Source: Psammoneis japonica
Taxonomy: Eukaryota
Assembly (NCBI GenBank): GCA_008632985.1
Contig: QPGO01000369.1
Location: 1 to 37,631 of the forward strand
Length of the DNA: 37,631 bases
Direction: 5' to 3'
Shown one piece after another: positions 23,671-34,422 of this stretch. The notes under the pieces were generated by a model. That model ran no database searches. It was not told the DNA's origin and saw only the letters and a program-made list of their open reading frames with translations. The position numbers and the translations under genes are program-made. Every line of letters starts with the position of its first letter. The first letter of the stretch is position 1.

Positions 23671-23792
23671 TAGAACACCAGTTGTTTTTCATGCGTTTTG
23701 CAAACACATGTCAAAAACACAAGGGATTTCCCACCCTCAATCGTTAAATGTCAATCAAGAGTTGGTCGCAGAAAGATGCCAACTTGTCATTT

Positions 23793-24087
23793 GCAATCAA
23801 AAGCAATCAAAAGCAACAATGAGTGATGAAAAGTGATCACAAGCAATCAAAAGTCATCACAAGCAATCACAAGCAATCATGAGCAATCACAAATGATCAC
23901 AAGCAACCGCAAGCAATGAAGACAAATGTCCACAGACAAGCTGACACAACAGCCCTTTAAATCTGACCGTTGACATGACATTTTTGCACAAGAGACACAC
24001 ACTCGACTTTTTAAAGTAATCACAAGCAATCAAAAGGAATCAAAAGCAACCACAAGTGATCACAAGTGATCATCAGTCATCACAAGC
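23793..24087 (+). repeat. 10-bp tandem satellite, inferred ancestral unit AAGTAATCAT (mutated copies, two blocks)
   Basis: Units aagcaatcac, aagtgatcac, gagcaatcac and aagtcatcac at ~23793-23920 and ~24013-24087. The array continues at 26810-26860 beyond the Sola element. Confidence 0.8.
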
Positions 24088-26809
24088 AAGACTGGCCACA
24101 CAGAAAGGTGCTGACAGAGCTCGAAATGGCTCGCATGGTCGATTTTGAGGTGTGGATGCCAATCGAAAGCTCTTGATCTCAGCTCTTCAGCGATGTGTGT
24201 GTCAATGGCTGGCAATGCTTCCTTGACATTTTGTCAGCCACAAACCAAATTAACGGCTTGAATTGTTTGCTGTGAGTGTTTTGACCGTTGAGGAATTGCG
24301 CGAAATGACATGCCAAGAAAGTCACGCACACAAGTTGTGCAAAAGCACATGATTTTTAAGATTGTGCAAGTCTGCACAAATTGTCAAGCACTTGACATGA
24401 GGCTCAAATTTGAAATTCTCTTGGTGGAGGCAACAAGAGCAAAAGCAAAAGCGTCACAAAAAAAATGGCGCGGCCGAAACTGACCAAAGGCGTCAAGGAC
24501 GATGAGGCAGCAGAAAAGTTCTGCGATTGGCTTTCTGACCCCAACGAGTCTCCCATTTTCCATGAACATTGTGCCCAGGTGACTGCAAAGAAACCTGCGA
24601 AATGTCAGTGTCTGCAGAAGCCAAGAGTGATGTTGGAGAACAATGACACCTCCGTCGTGAAAATGTTGAGCAACTGCCTCGTGTGCTTTGAAAGACTGGG
24701 GTGCACAGAAACACATGCTGCTTTTACATCCTGGATCAAATGTTCTGCTTTCATTCAGAAGCATGCATGCAAGGGTGATTGTCGCTGCTTTGTTTTGCCG
24801 CTGTTGAAAACTGACGACAATGACGAGGAGGAGGCGGAGGAGGGGATGCCGCCGGACGATCATCTGGTCTGCCATGGTGCCCTCCTTGCATTGCTGGGCA
24901 AAGGGAGAAAGTTCTGGAGAACCGCCAAGTTGAGTGCAAAGAGCAACATCTTTCCGAAACATGGTCTCAAAGGGAAGACTGGGCAGAACGCGAACAAGAC
25001 GCTTGTGCCCGAAATGTTTGCAGCCCTTCACGCACATTTTGATGACATGAAGGAACTTTCTGAGCCACGTGCAACGAGACTGGTTAGAGAAGAGACAGGT
25101 GTCGGCTTGAGAGATGAAGACACACACGACTTGCCTCCCACCGTGAAAAAGCGTGGATTGTGCAAACGGCGCAGACAAGAAAATGGTTGGACCCTCAAAT
25201 CGAACCACAAAGGCAAGTTTCTTAAGGCGGAACCAATCGAAGGAGAAGACCAGCAACCAATGTGCTCCTGGGCACAATTTTGCAAGTTCTGGAAAAAGAG
25301 CTGTCCTGAAATTGTCGTGAGAAGGCCCACTCGTGACATCTGCGATGAATGCTGCAAGTTCGCAAATGGCTTCAGGATGAAAGCGATGAAAGAAAAGACG
25401 GGGGGTGAGAGCAACGACGACGAGGATGAGGAGGAGGAGAGCGATGATGATGAAGAAGATGGAGCAGATGCAGAGGTGAGAATGAAAGAGATTGAAGAAC
25501 AGGAAAATGAAATGTTGCATGCCACAAAGCACGTCGAGTGGGCTCGAAAGCAACGGACACTCGTGCAACAGCACATTTCGGAAGCGACAGAACACGCAAA
25601 AGCCGACAAGGCACATGGCGAGCGAACTTGCGCAAGGATTGGTGGCTGTTGTCAAAATGGCGGGCTTCCACATTTTGGGGCGGATCAGCCAGGGGAGACG
25701 CACTGCTTCTCTCCTTTGACAATCAATGTGTTTGGGGTTGCCGATCCTGCGGGGAAAAAAGTTGTGACGGTGACGGAAGATGAGTTCAAGGATTTTTTGC
25801 ATGCACGCGTCTGCCATGAGGGTGCTGGCCAAAAGGGAGGTGACAATGTTGCTTCCCTTGTGATGAAGCACTTGCATGATGGTGGATTGTTGGACATCAG
25901 TGAGGGTCCAGGCGGAAAGCTCACATTGATTTTTGACAACTGCATCGGGCAAAACAAAAACAACACGGCATTGAGACTTGCTTCTTGCCTGGTGGAACAA
26001 GGATGTTTCAAAGAAGTGAGCATCATTTTTTTGATGAAAGGGCACACCAAGAATGCCTGTGACAGGCTCTTCAACAGCCTCAAGCAAACTTGCCGTGACA
26101 AGAACATCGGCACGTTCTGCAAACTCTTGACAGCCTTGGACACCTCCGAATGCGTTCAGGTCGTTGAAGCGAAGGAGGAGGATTTTGTGGGGTGTGGAGC
26201 GCATTTTGACCAACATTGCAAGAAGTGCAGCGCAGCTGTGAAGCACCACTGCTTTGAAGTGACAGACTCTTCGGAACCCACGGCAGCAACAATGAAAGCA
26301 GCGGACGGTGAGCCAGAAGTTGCCGAGGATCTCAAGAAGAGGAAGACAGAATCGAGCGAGCAACGAAAACAGAACTTGCAAACGTCACAACCACTTGCCT
26401 TGACAGCTCCAGGCATCAAGGACATCAAGAAGGTCGAGCTTTGTGCCAAGCATCAGCCGCTTCTTGACAAGGCAGACCAAGACGAGATGTGCCCTCATCC
26501 TGGAGACGACGTCCTCAATCGCGTTGCGAAAAGCAAGAGAGAGAAGCGGAAGAACAAGCAGGCGGAGAGCGCTGAGCAGATGGCGCGAAATGAGAAAAAG
26601 AAAACCGCCAAAGCCAGTGCAGTTCTTTCGGAGAGGGACACAAATAAAAATTAATGGCAGTCCTTGTGTACACACAAATTTTATGTGATGTTTTATGTTG
26701 ACACTTTAATTGTTTGACATCGCTCAAAAATCTTGTAAGTGCCATTTTCTCGAAACAAATTTTGAGAGCTCGAGAGCGCGCGTTAGCACCTTTTTATGTG
26801 GCCAGTCTT
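24088..26809 (+). mobile_element. Sola1-like DNA transposon, 2722 bp, 28-bp TIRs, 4-bp TSD
   Basis: Left TIR AAGACTGGCCACACAGAAAGGTGCTGAC (24088-24115). Right TIR reverse complement AAGACTGGCCACATAAAAAGGTGCTAAC (26782-26809). TSD AAGC (24084-24087) / AAGT (26810-26813). Single transposase ORF. Confidence 0.85.
24465..26654 (+). pseudogene. DDD-type transposase (Sola1-like), open 729-aa frame, hypermutated
   Basis: PTRDICDEC; IGGCCQN...LPHFGADQPGETHCFSPL (expected D-Y-x-QN...ETYYFSPL); FDNCIGQNKNN; FLMKGHTKNACDRLF. No Tyr in 729 aa, and the first catalytic Asp appears to be Gly. Superfamily assigned from motif recall. Confidence 0.8.
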
Positions 26810-26860
26810 AAGTAATCATAAGTTATCATAGAGTCATCACAAGTCATCATAAGTCATCAC
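26810..26860 (+). repeat. 10-bp satellite, TpA-retaining copies
   Basis: aagtaatcat aagttatcat agagtcatcac aagtcatcat aagtcatcac. Confidence 0.8.
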
Positions 26861-27280
26861 CAGCCCCAACGACTTAAAACATAAAAGGTGTTCTTTGCCA
26901 AACAAGACTAAATTCAACGGATAACCGTTACGAACTACAAATCACGCAGGCCAAAATTTCCGTTGTAGTTGTATGAATACGCATGACTTATAAAAATTCG
27001 CGGACGGTGCGGTGCAGCATAAATCTAATGCTGTAAACGGAATGACCGTTCATATGAAATATTCATTCATTTATGACCATGACCAAGTTCTATGTTCCAT
27101 GTTGCACGTACAGTACAATCTACGTCTCTCAGAACATACAAAATGCCAGCCATCAATGACCTCATTTTTTACATCCGATTTCTCCTGGTAGAAACGGCGT
27201 GAAGCCCATAAAAACAACATCACCTTTCTCCTCTCATCGTGTCTTCTTGATCCAACTTTTGATCTTATTCAAGCAAAACG

Positions 27281-30116
27281 ATGCTCCCCCGTGTCTTTGC
27301 CTTTGCCTTGTTGCTAGGGTCGGCAGCGGCAAACAATAAGGACGCCGTTCCGCTCTTCAGCTCCCGAATGCCGGCACCCTCGAAGGCCTCTCCGTATCAC
27401 GTCCCAGGACACGTCGACCAGATTCGCTTGAATCGAGGAAGTCTCAACGCCGCTACTATCCTCGTTGATCTCTTTGAAGATGGCAGTGCCCCCTTGACTC
27501 TTCGCCAGGACCGCACCGTAATTGGCAAGCGCGGCGAACACACCTGGATGGGTCAGGTCGTCGGCTTTCCTAATAGTGTGGCCTCCTTTAGCTTCCACAA
27601 AGGAGCAATTTCCGGTTCCATCGTTTACGGCGTCTCTGAGATATTCGAGATTTCGTCGGAACAGGGTGGAACGGCAATCTTTGCGCAGATTGACGAAGAC
27701 AAGCTTCCTCCAACGAAGGAACTGTTCCCGCCCGCTTCTCGCAGGCTCCTCCGTGGAGCAACCGACGGAGACACCATCAGCGAGCAGACCAGTCTTGACA
27801 CTTCGGATTCACACCGGAGGGAGCAAGTCACCTCTGGAAACACAGTACAAGACATTATGGTGGTATACACGCCAGCCAGCCGAACCAGGTATGGTGGCAT
27901 CGCGGGAATTGAAGCTAAGATCGTGGAAGCCATCCAACTTGCAAACCAAGGCTATATCAACAGTCAAATCAACCTCGAGCTGAATCTTGTGTACATGTAT
28001 GAGGTAGGCTATACAGAAACAGGTGACATGGGTCTCACTCTCAGTCGCTTGAGAACTCCCGGCGATGGCTTTATGGATGAAGTGCACTCCGTTAGGGATC
28101 AATATGGTGCAGATCTTGTCGCCATGATATCGGAAGACAATAACTATTGTGGAATTGCTTATGTCATGACGAGTGATAGCTCAGACTTTGCTCCTTATGC
28201 CTTCAGCGTGACATTTTCAAGTTGCATTTCCGGATTGACCTTCACCCACGAAATCGGCCACAATCAAGGTACGTTCATTATTTTTCCATTGTCTCATTCT
28301 CTCCCATTTTCTCATCCCGTTTTCATTGCTTCATTTATAAATAAGGTTCTACCCATAACATCGAAAACGGGGGAAGTGCCGCATATCCTTATTCCTACGG
28401 TTACCGTGTATGTAACGATGGCAGTCTCCCTCCCCCCTACTTTCGCACTATCATGGCCTACGGCTGCACCGGGGCAACTCGCCAGAATTTGTTTTCCAGT
28501 CCTAACCTTACCTACGAAGGCGCGGTAGCTGGTACCGAAACTGCCAACAATGCTGAAAGCATCCGCAACACCATGGCCATCACGNCGCGTTTCGAGCTTC
28601 GGTGACTGTTCCCGCCCCGAATGCACCTTCGAACTTGGAGGCCACCACCGTCGGCGCAAACGAAATTTTAATTTCCTGGCAAGATAACTCCTCCAATGAA
28701 GAGACCTTCAGGCTGGAGCGATACATTGGTCAGGGTCCATGGGAGGAAATTGAGTCTCTTGCAAGTGATGTCACCTCTTTCAGCGACATTACAGCGCCAT
28801 GGACGACCAACTCTTACCGTGTTCGTGCCGTCAATGGCGGTGGTTCCTCTGAATATTCAAACGTTGGCCAAGCAACACTTACAGCGCCGACAATGGGCTC
28901 TGTGACGGCAGCGGCCCTTTCTGGAAGTGAAATTCGGCTAAATTGGGGGGAAATTGATGGAGCGGACTCCTATGTTGTTGAGAGGTTGAGTGGAGGAAGC
29001 TGGCAGGTCTCTGAAACGACGTTCACGGACACTGATCTCCAGTTGGCAACGGAGTACTCCTACAACGTTACAGCTCAAAAAGGACTAAGCTCTACAAGCC
29101 CATCGCCCACCGTGTCTGCCACAACGAGTGATAATGTTGAAGTGTTCCCTTCGACCGAGACCAACAGTTTTGGAACGGTGACTGGTTCTCTCGCGCGCCT
29201 TGATGCCGCAGATGGCAATGCTGAATCCATCCGTGAAGAAGAATCTAGTGGCAATCCTAGTCGCCGTATTTCCCGATTGTCTCATGAATGGTATTTCACC
29301 CTTCCAAACGGATGGGATCATGCCACCGTAACTGCCACAGCGTGGCACCAAGGCGAAGAAGCTTTCAATTTTGACGTCTCCCTGGATGGAGGAAACAGCT
29401 TTTCAAGATTGTTTGTCGTAAACACAATTCCGCAAGCACCTACACGAAACTTATTTCGGGGTCTGGTGTCAGCGATGTAAGAGTGCGAGTACTTGATGCT
29501 AATCGTGTCCAGGGAGAGCGGACTCTTGACACTGTCTACGTTGACCAGCTTTTCATCAAGGCTTTCGTGAGTACTGGCGGTGGCAGTCCACCATCAGCTC
29601 CGTCCAACTTGGTGGCAGTGGCACCAGAGAGCACCGAAGTGCAGCTCACCTGGAACGACAACTCTATAGATGAGTTGGGTTTTGAAGTTGAACGTAGCGA
29701 GGATGGTGGAACGACCTGGGTCCCCAGCGCCACGACCGTGACCGCTTCTTCGGTGGACTTTGACGTTTTGCCTTCCGCTACGTATGACTATCGCGTGAGA
29801 GCCTACAATACAGCTGGAAATTCTGCATGGTCCAACGTTGCCCCAGGTAGTTGTCCCCGCCCCACCTACAGGAGGCCCAATTACCCTGAATATCACGACC
29901 CGCAAGGAAAAAGGATTCAACGTCTGTGACTTAACTTTCTCTGGTGCTACCACAAGCAATGTTGAAATCTATCGAAATAGTGCATTGGTCACAACCACCC
30001 AAAATGATGGATTTTACATGGACAACACTGGCCAAAAAGGAGGCGCGAGCTACGTTTACACAGTGTGTGATGCGGGTGGTTCGACCTGTTCACCTGACGT
30101 GACCGTGGTCTTTTGA
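27281..30116 (+). CDS. Secreted metzincin zinc metalloprotease (reprolysin-like M12B / peptidyl-Asp M72-like) with fibronectin type III repeats and bacterial-type C-terminal domains
   Basis: Signal peptide MLPRVFAFALLLGSAAA. Splicing of intron 28269-28345 gives HEIGHNQGSTH (HExxHxxGxxH), then YSYGY and Met-turn FRTIMAYGC. FN3 repeats (APSNL...WQDNSSNE...YRVRAVN). Apparent frameshifts at ~28585 (next to an N), ~29425 and ~29843 (C-run) are probably assembly errors. Normal Tyr and TpA content. Confidence 0.85.
28269..28345 (+). other. Spliceosomal intron (77 nt) splitting the zinc-binding motif
   Basis: GTACGT donor, pyrimidine-rich body, AAG acceptor. Phase 1 (G|GT = Gly) and it completes HExxHxxGxxH. 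Confidence 0.9.
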
Positions 30117-30528
30117 AGAAACTACATCCCACGCGTTCCATTTAAAGTTCTATAGGCATAGAAAACTGGCAGTTCATTGCCTCTCCTGGAGCCTACTAAT
30201 GACGAAAAAGTACCTTGTCAATGTGTCCGCCTCTTCTCTCACGTCGTTTGGCATAGGGTTGGTGCTAAGTAGGACCTGTGTGCTCTCTAGCCAGCTAAAA
30301 GAGAGCAGTCTGTCCGTCCGCATTCTTGATTGATCGGCCATGGACAAGTGATGGCCTGCTCGTCGGCTCGAGCTCGGCTTCTCACTAAATCGTTGGCTTT
30401 CCCGTTGAGCATGTTGAAGGTGTTTACGTAAAATTGTTCATAGCCCCTGGTGTGTTGGGAGCACTGTGACTGAATGTGCTGTGTGGCACATGGAAGGAGG
30501 AGTCCCCACTCACAAAACAGAGCAACAA

Positions 30529-30933
30529 GACGGTTCCAGTCCTGCCGGCAGCTGGGTGGGGCTGTTTGCAACATTGGGCCCTCGGAGTTCTGCACGCAAG
30601 CTCCACAGCAAGATTGCAAAGCAATGAATGCATAAATGATTGCCAACAAAAACAGAGCAATTTTGCAAGCGCATCTCCTCCTCCACACTTGAGGTGCATC
30701 ATCTGTGGTTTGCCCAGGCATGTTCTTCAGACATGAAGGAATGCACCCAGCATGTTTTCATTCCCACAAATGTGGAACATGGAGGGCCTTTGGCTTTGCA
30801 AAACAGGGAGCATGAAACAATTTTGCATGAGATCACAGGCAGAAATGTGAGTGTGTGACATGGGGCACAATCCAAAAAACTCTTGGTGTTGCAGCTCAGC
30901 AGTGCAAGGTCCCACCTGGAACTTGAGCACACC
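30529..30933 (+). mobile_element. MITE family A-related copy
   Basis: GACGGTTCCAGTCC start and GCAAGGTCCCACCTGGAACTTGA end. Interior homologous to 35224-36132. Confidence 0.65.
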
Positions 30934-31252
30934 ACAAAATTGGCAAGCCTGACAAAGAAGGCAAGGTGCCAGGGAAGGTTTGGCACCCAGGCCCATTCCA
31001 CTCATGATGATGATGGGCAAAGGTGCTTGTTTGTCAGCTGTCAGCATCAACTCTCCATGGTTTCTGATGGGGATGATGTGTTGAGATGCCCAGATGACAG
31101 CAAACAGAAGATTGGGCAAGTGGGGCTCTGTTGCACATCATTGTGGACAAGAAATTGGATTTTTGAGCCAGGGCTCAAGCCCAGAGCTTGAAGCATGTGA
31201 GCCAACAAACACTCTGTTTTTAAGAAAAGATGGTGCATTCAGGCCAGGACGT

Positions 31253-31756
31253 GATGTGCTTCAGCCGCACATGACTCACAGCGTGCACAAAAACAACAAC
31301 ATTTGCATCTGTCTCTGACTTGCAAACAACCTTTCACCACCAAAAGTGCAGACTCATCCAAATTTTGATGTTTGGCAACACTGGCAAGACTCGTGTTGGT
31401 GTTTCAGTGTCGCTGTCATTGTGGAGCAATTGTTTGTCAGAGCGTGCATTCCAGTGATCAAGGGTGCCTTTCTCACAGTTTTTTTTTTCACTGTGACAGG
31501 ACACCAGATGTTGCACGTGGTGATTTTTTGCAAACTCCAGATCTCTGCAAAACTCGTCAATCACAATTGTTTGTGTGCTTGTGTCTCATTTTGGTGTCCA
31601 ATTTTTACAGGGGTGCAAAGCTGTGTGCTGCAAATCAATTGAATCAGCGGTTGCTGTTTCAATGTTTGCACTGCTGTGACCCAGAAATGACTGCCACCAT
31701 GGATGCTGTCTCCTTGCCAGACTGGCTGTCTCACTCTGTTTTCAGTTGAACAAATC
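31253..31756 (+). mobile_element. Decayed MITE related to 33893-34422
   Basis: Shared start GATGTGYTYCAGCYGCACRTGAC and interior caccaccaaaag...gcaacactggcaagact. Right end uncertain. Confidence 0.5.
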
Positions 31757-32261
31757 TCAATGCAACAAAAGAGCAAAAGCAATGCCTCACACCCAAAGCA
31801 AGTGGCGACAGCGTCAGTGCAAACCTTAGCTGATTGGATTGTTTGCACATGAGCGCACCTCTGAATTGTGACTTTGCAACTGTCCCATCCAGGGACAGAC
31901 CACTCCATCCAAATTCATTTGGCTCCCGCAAATCGGCAATGACAACACTGATTTGTCTGCATGCAACATCCTCTCACAGAGAGGCAAACCACAGAAACCC
32001 AAATTAAACCACCAGCAATGCTGGCTTGGGAGGTCAAAGCATGTGGGCGCAAGCCACAGGTGTCTGACCTTGGTGTTGGGACATTTGCCCAAAGACACAA
32101 GAGCAAAGTTTCCAACGCCACTCTCCTGTGACCTTCTTTGCAGCAGATCTGCCAGGTTTGTTTCTGCGCCCTCTTTCCAAACATGAATGATGCCCTCTGC
32201 AACCGCTTCTCACACCACATGACAGATGATGACATTGTGCTTCTTGTGCAAGACCGATTTG

Positions 32262-32351
32262 GGGACACTTCCATTCCACATGCACGACACCATGATTGTC
32301 GCAAAAGGGACACTTCCATTCCACATGCACGACACCATGATTGTCGCAAAA
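32262..32351 (+). repeat. Perfect 45-bp tandem duplication inside the old copia RNase H
   Basis: gggacacttccattccacatgcacgacaccatgattgtcgcaaaa x2, followed by gacactt microhomology. Confidence 0.9.
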
Positions 32352-33892
32352 GACACTTGCTGGACCCTCAAGAGGTGCTCCAAACGTGCAAATCTTGTGA
32401 TGCAAAGCAACAAACAACTCCTTGCAAATCCGCGCTGCAGCCAACTTGCTGCCAAAAGTTGCCAACTCTGCTGTGTTCTGCCATTTTCTGTGCCATGTGA
32501 TTGGTGCATTGTTGACAAATGTCAGGATTCTGCCATGAGACCTGCAAGTGACAACATTGCCTGCATGGCTGGAATCAACAAAGGCGCAGATGTTGACCAG
32601 GTTGCCATGGAGCTTGGGTGCCCACAGCGGCAACTCTTTCTCAATGTCCCACAAAACTTGGTCCAATCTGCACTCAAGTTGAATGTGGGCTCATCAGCTG
32701 CCAGCTCCTTTGGATCAAACCCCATCCTTCCAAAGTTCTGGTGTTTCTTCACATGCGCAAACACACAATGCAAAGCCTTGAGGTGTCCCTTCCTTGGGCC
32801 AGCTTGACACTGGGAAAGGATTGAGACCTCATGCAGAACATCAGCAGGGCCCAACTTGATTGCATGATGACAAATTCTTGTCAGCTGCAGATGCCTGTCA
32901 ACTGGATCATGGCCCAATTTGTCAATTGCACCCAGCTCTGGCTTGCACTTTGGGGGCAGAGGATCCTTTGCGGCGCTCTTCAGTGCTTCTCCATTGCCAT
33001 CCTCATCCGAGAGACCTTCCACCACTGCTTGAACACATGCCCTTGGCGAGCTTGCCCAGATTGCATGTCCATCCTCAGTCTGAACCTTCTCAACATTGGC
33101 CCCAAGGTGGATCTCTGGTTCTCCATCACTGCCAGGCTTCACAGCACAGTGTTCACCTGTGGCAGCAACAATGGACTTCCCTTGAGATTGGAGTCTCATT
33201 GACACAAACCAAAAGCATTTCGCAATGCTCGTGCCCACCCTCCCAAGTTGCCACTTGCAGGCAGACATTGGGGTCCACTCTCATTTGTTCAAACCCTGAT
33301 TCGTGCAAGACCAGTGCCAGCCTGGATCTCCAAGAGCATTTCTGAGCTCTTCAGACCATGCAATGCACAAACAACAATGAGCGCCTTTCCTTCATGCTTG
33401 ACACATTCCTTGCTGCCTTCAAACCATGGCTTTTCTGCACATGGTGCATTCAAGTGCACGTTCTCTGGGTCAATTGCTGTGATGTCAACTCCATTCAAAG
33501 CTGCTGACAGGAATCCAAGTTGCACGCTGTCTCTGGAAACAATGCTTGAATGCATTGTGGATGATGGAGCCTCTGTTGTGTGACCTCCTGCCACAAATCT
33601 TGCCTTTCTCGTGAAGTCTGTCTTTGCACTGAAAACCATTTGACACACAATCTCCTGACAGCCAAGCAAAGTTGTGCTCTTGCCTTCCCAGATGCCTTGT
33701 GGGGTTTGAGCTTCATGCTCGTGCCACACCACTGCTTGACCTTGGTCATCTCCTTGTCAATCGCACAAGCCCAATGATCTGTCCCCATTTCCTGACCAAT
33801 CTTCAAAGCATCTTCCGCAGACTTGGGCAAAAGAATCCCAAACTTGTGGGTGGCAAGCCAGTGCTTCATCTCAATCTTCAAAATGAAGTGAT

Positions 33893-34422
33893 GATGTGTT
33901 CCAGCTGCACGTGACCCAAATCGTGCACAAAAATGACATTTGCGCAATTTTTGCGCAGTCTCTCACTTGCAAACAAGATTTCACCACCAAAAGCATGGAC
34001 TTGTCCAAAATTGAATGTTTTGCAACACTGGCAAGACTTGCATCAGTGTTGCCATGTCATTGGTTTTGTGACATCTGTGTTTTTCATTGTGACAAATGAC
34101 TCACAACACAATGGATGATTTTTGGCAAAATTGTTGCCATCACTTGAATGTCAAATCAAACAATTTTTCTGCAAGACCTTCTGACAGGTGTTCCACCTGT
34201 GACCAAAAAACTGCATCCAATGAGCTGTCGCACAATCAGCACTGAGTCTGCAGAGGGAGTTTGTGGTGCATGTCCCATGAGGAATTGAATGCCAAGGCTT
34301 GAAGACCCACAAAATCCCATCCACCCAAGTGTTTTGCATTCACATGCTTCATGCACAAGAGACACATGATTTGTGGTAAAAATTCATTGTCTTTTGTGTG
34401 TTGCCTGAGACTGGAACACATC
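33893..34422. mobile_element. 530-bp MITE with 12-bp TIR GATGTGTTCCAG and 4-bp TSD
   Basis: GATGTGTTCCAG...CTGGAACACATC, flanks TGAT/TGAC. Interrupts copia pol. Confidence 0.75.

Noticed and set aside
24384..26381. 665-aa antisense ORF and the many 60-390 aa overlapping ORFs across the repeat block
   Set aside because: No recognisable motifs. They are shadows of TE frames, kept open because TAA and TAG stops vanish with TpA.
1..26654. Alternative genetic code (Cys/His codons read as Tyr)
   Set aside because: The host gene uses TAY normally, and the same change affects non-coding LTRs, TIRs, TSDs and satellites.
1..26654. Classical RIP or plain CpG deamination as the explanation
   Set aside because: RIP creates TpA and stop codons, and CpG decay cannot turn Tyr codons or CCCTAA into TG/CA forms. 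CpG is abundant in the young elements. CpG decay is kept only as a secondary layer.
28585..29845. Protease as a pseudogene because of three frameshifts
   Set aside because: The shifts are single-base, one lies beside an N and one in a C-run, and the coding signal is otherwise clean with no independent in-frame stops. Assembly error is more likely, though unproven without reads.
30950..32030. 3' LTR of the old copia element
   Set aside because: No partner LTR in the window and no convincing TG...CA/PPT boundary, so it could not be delimited.
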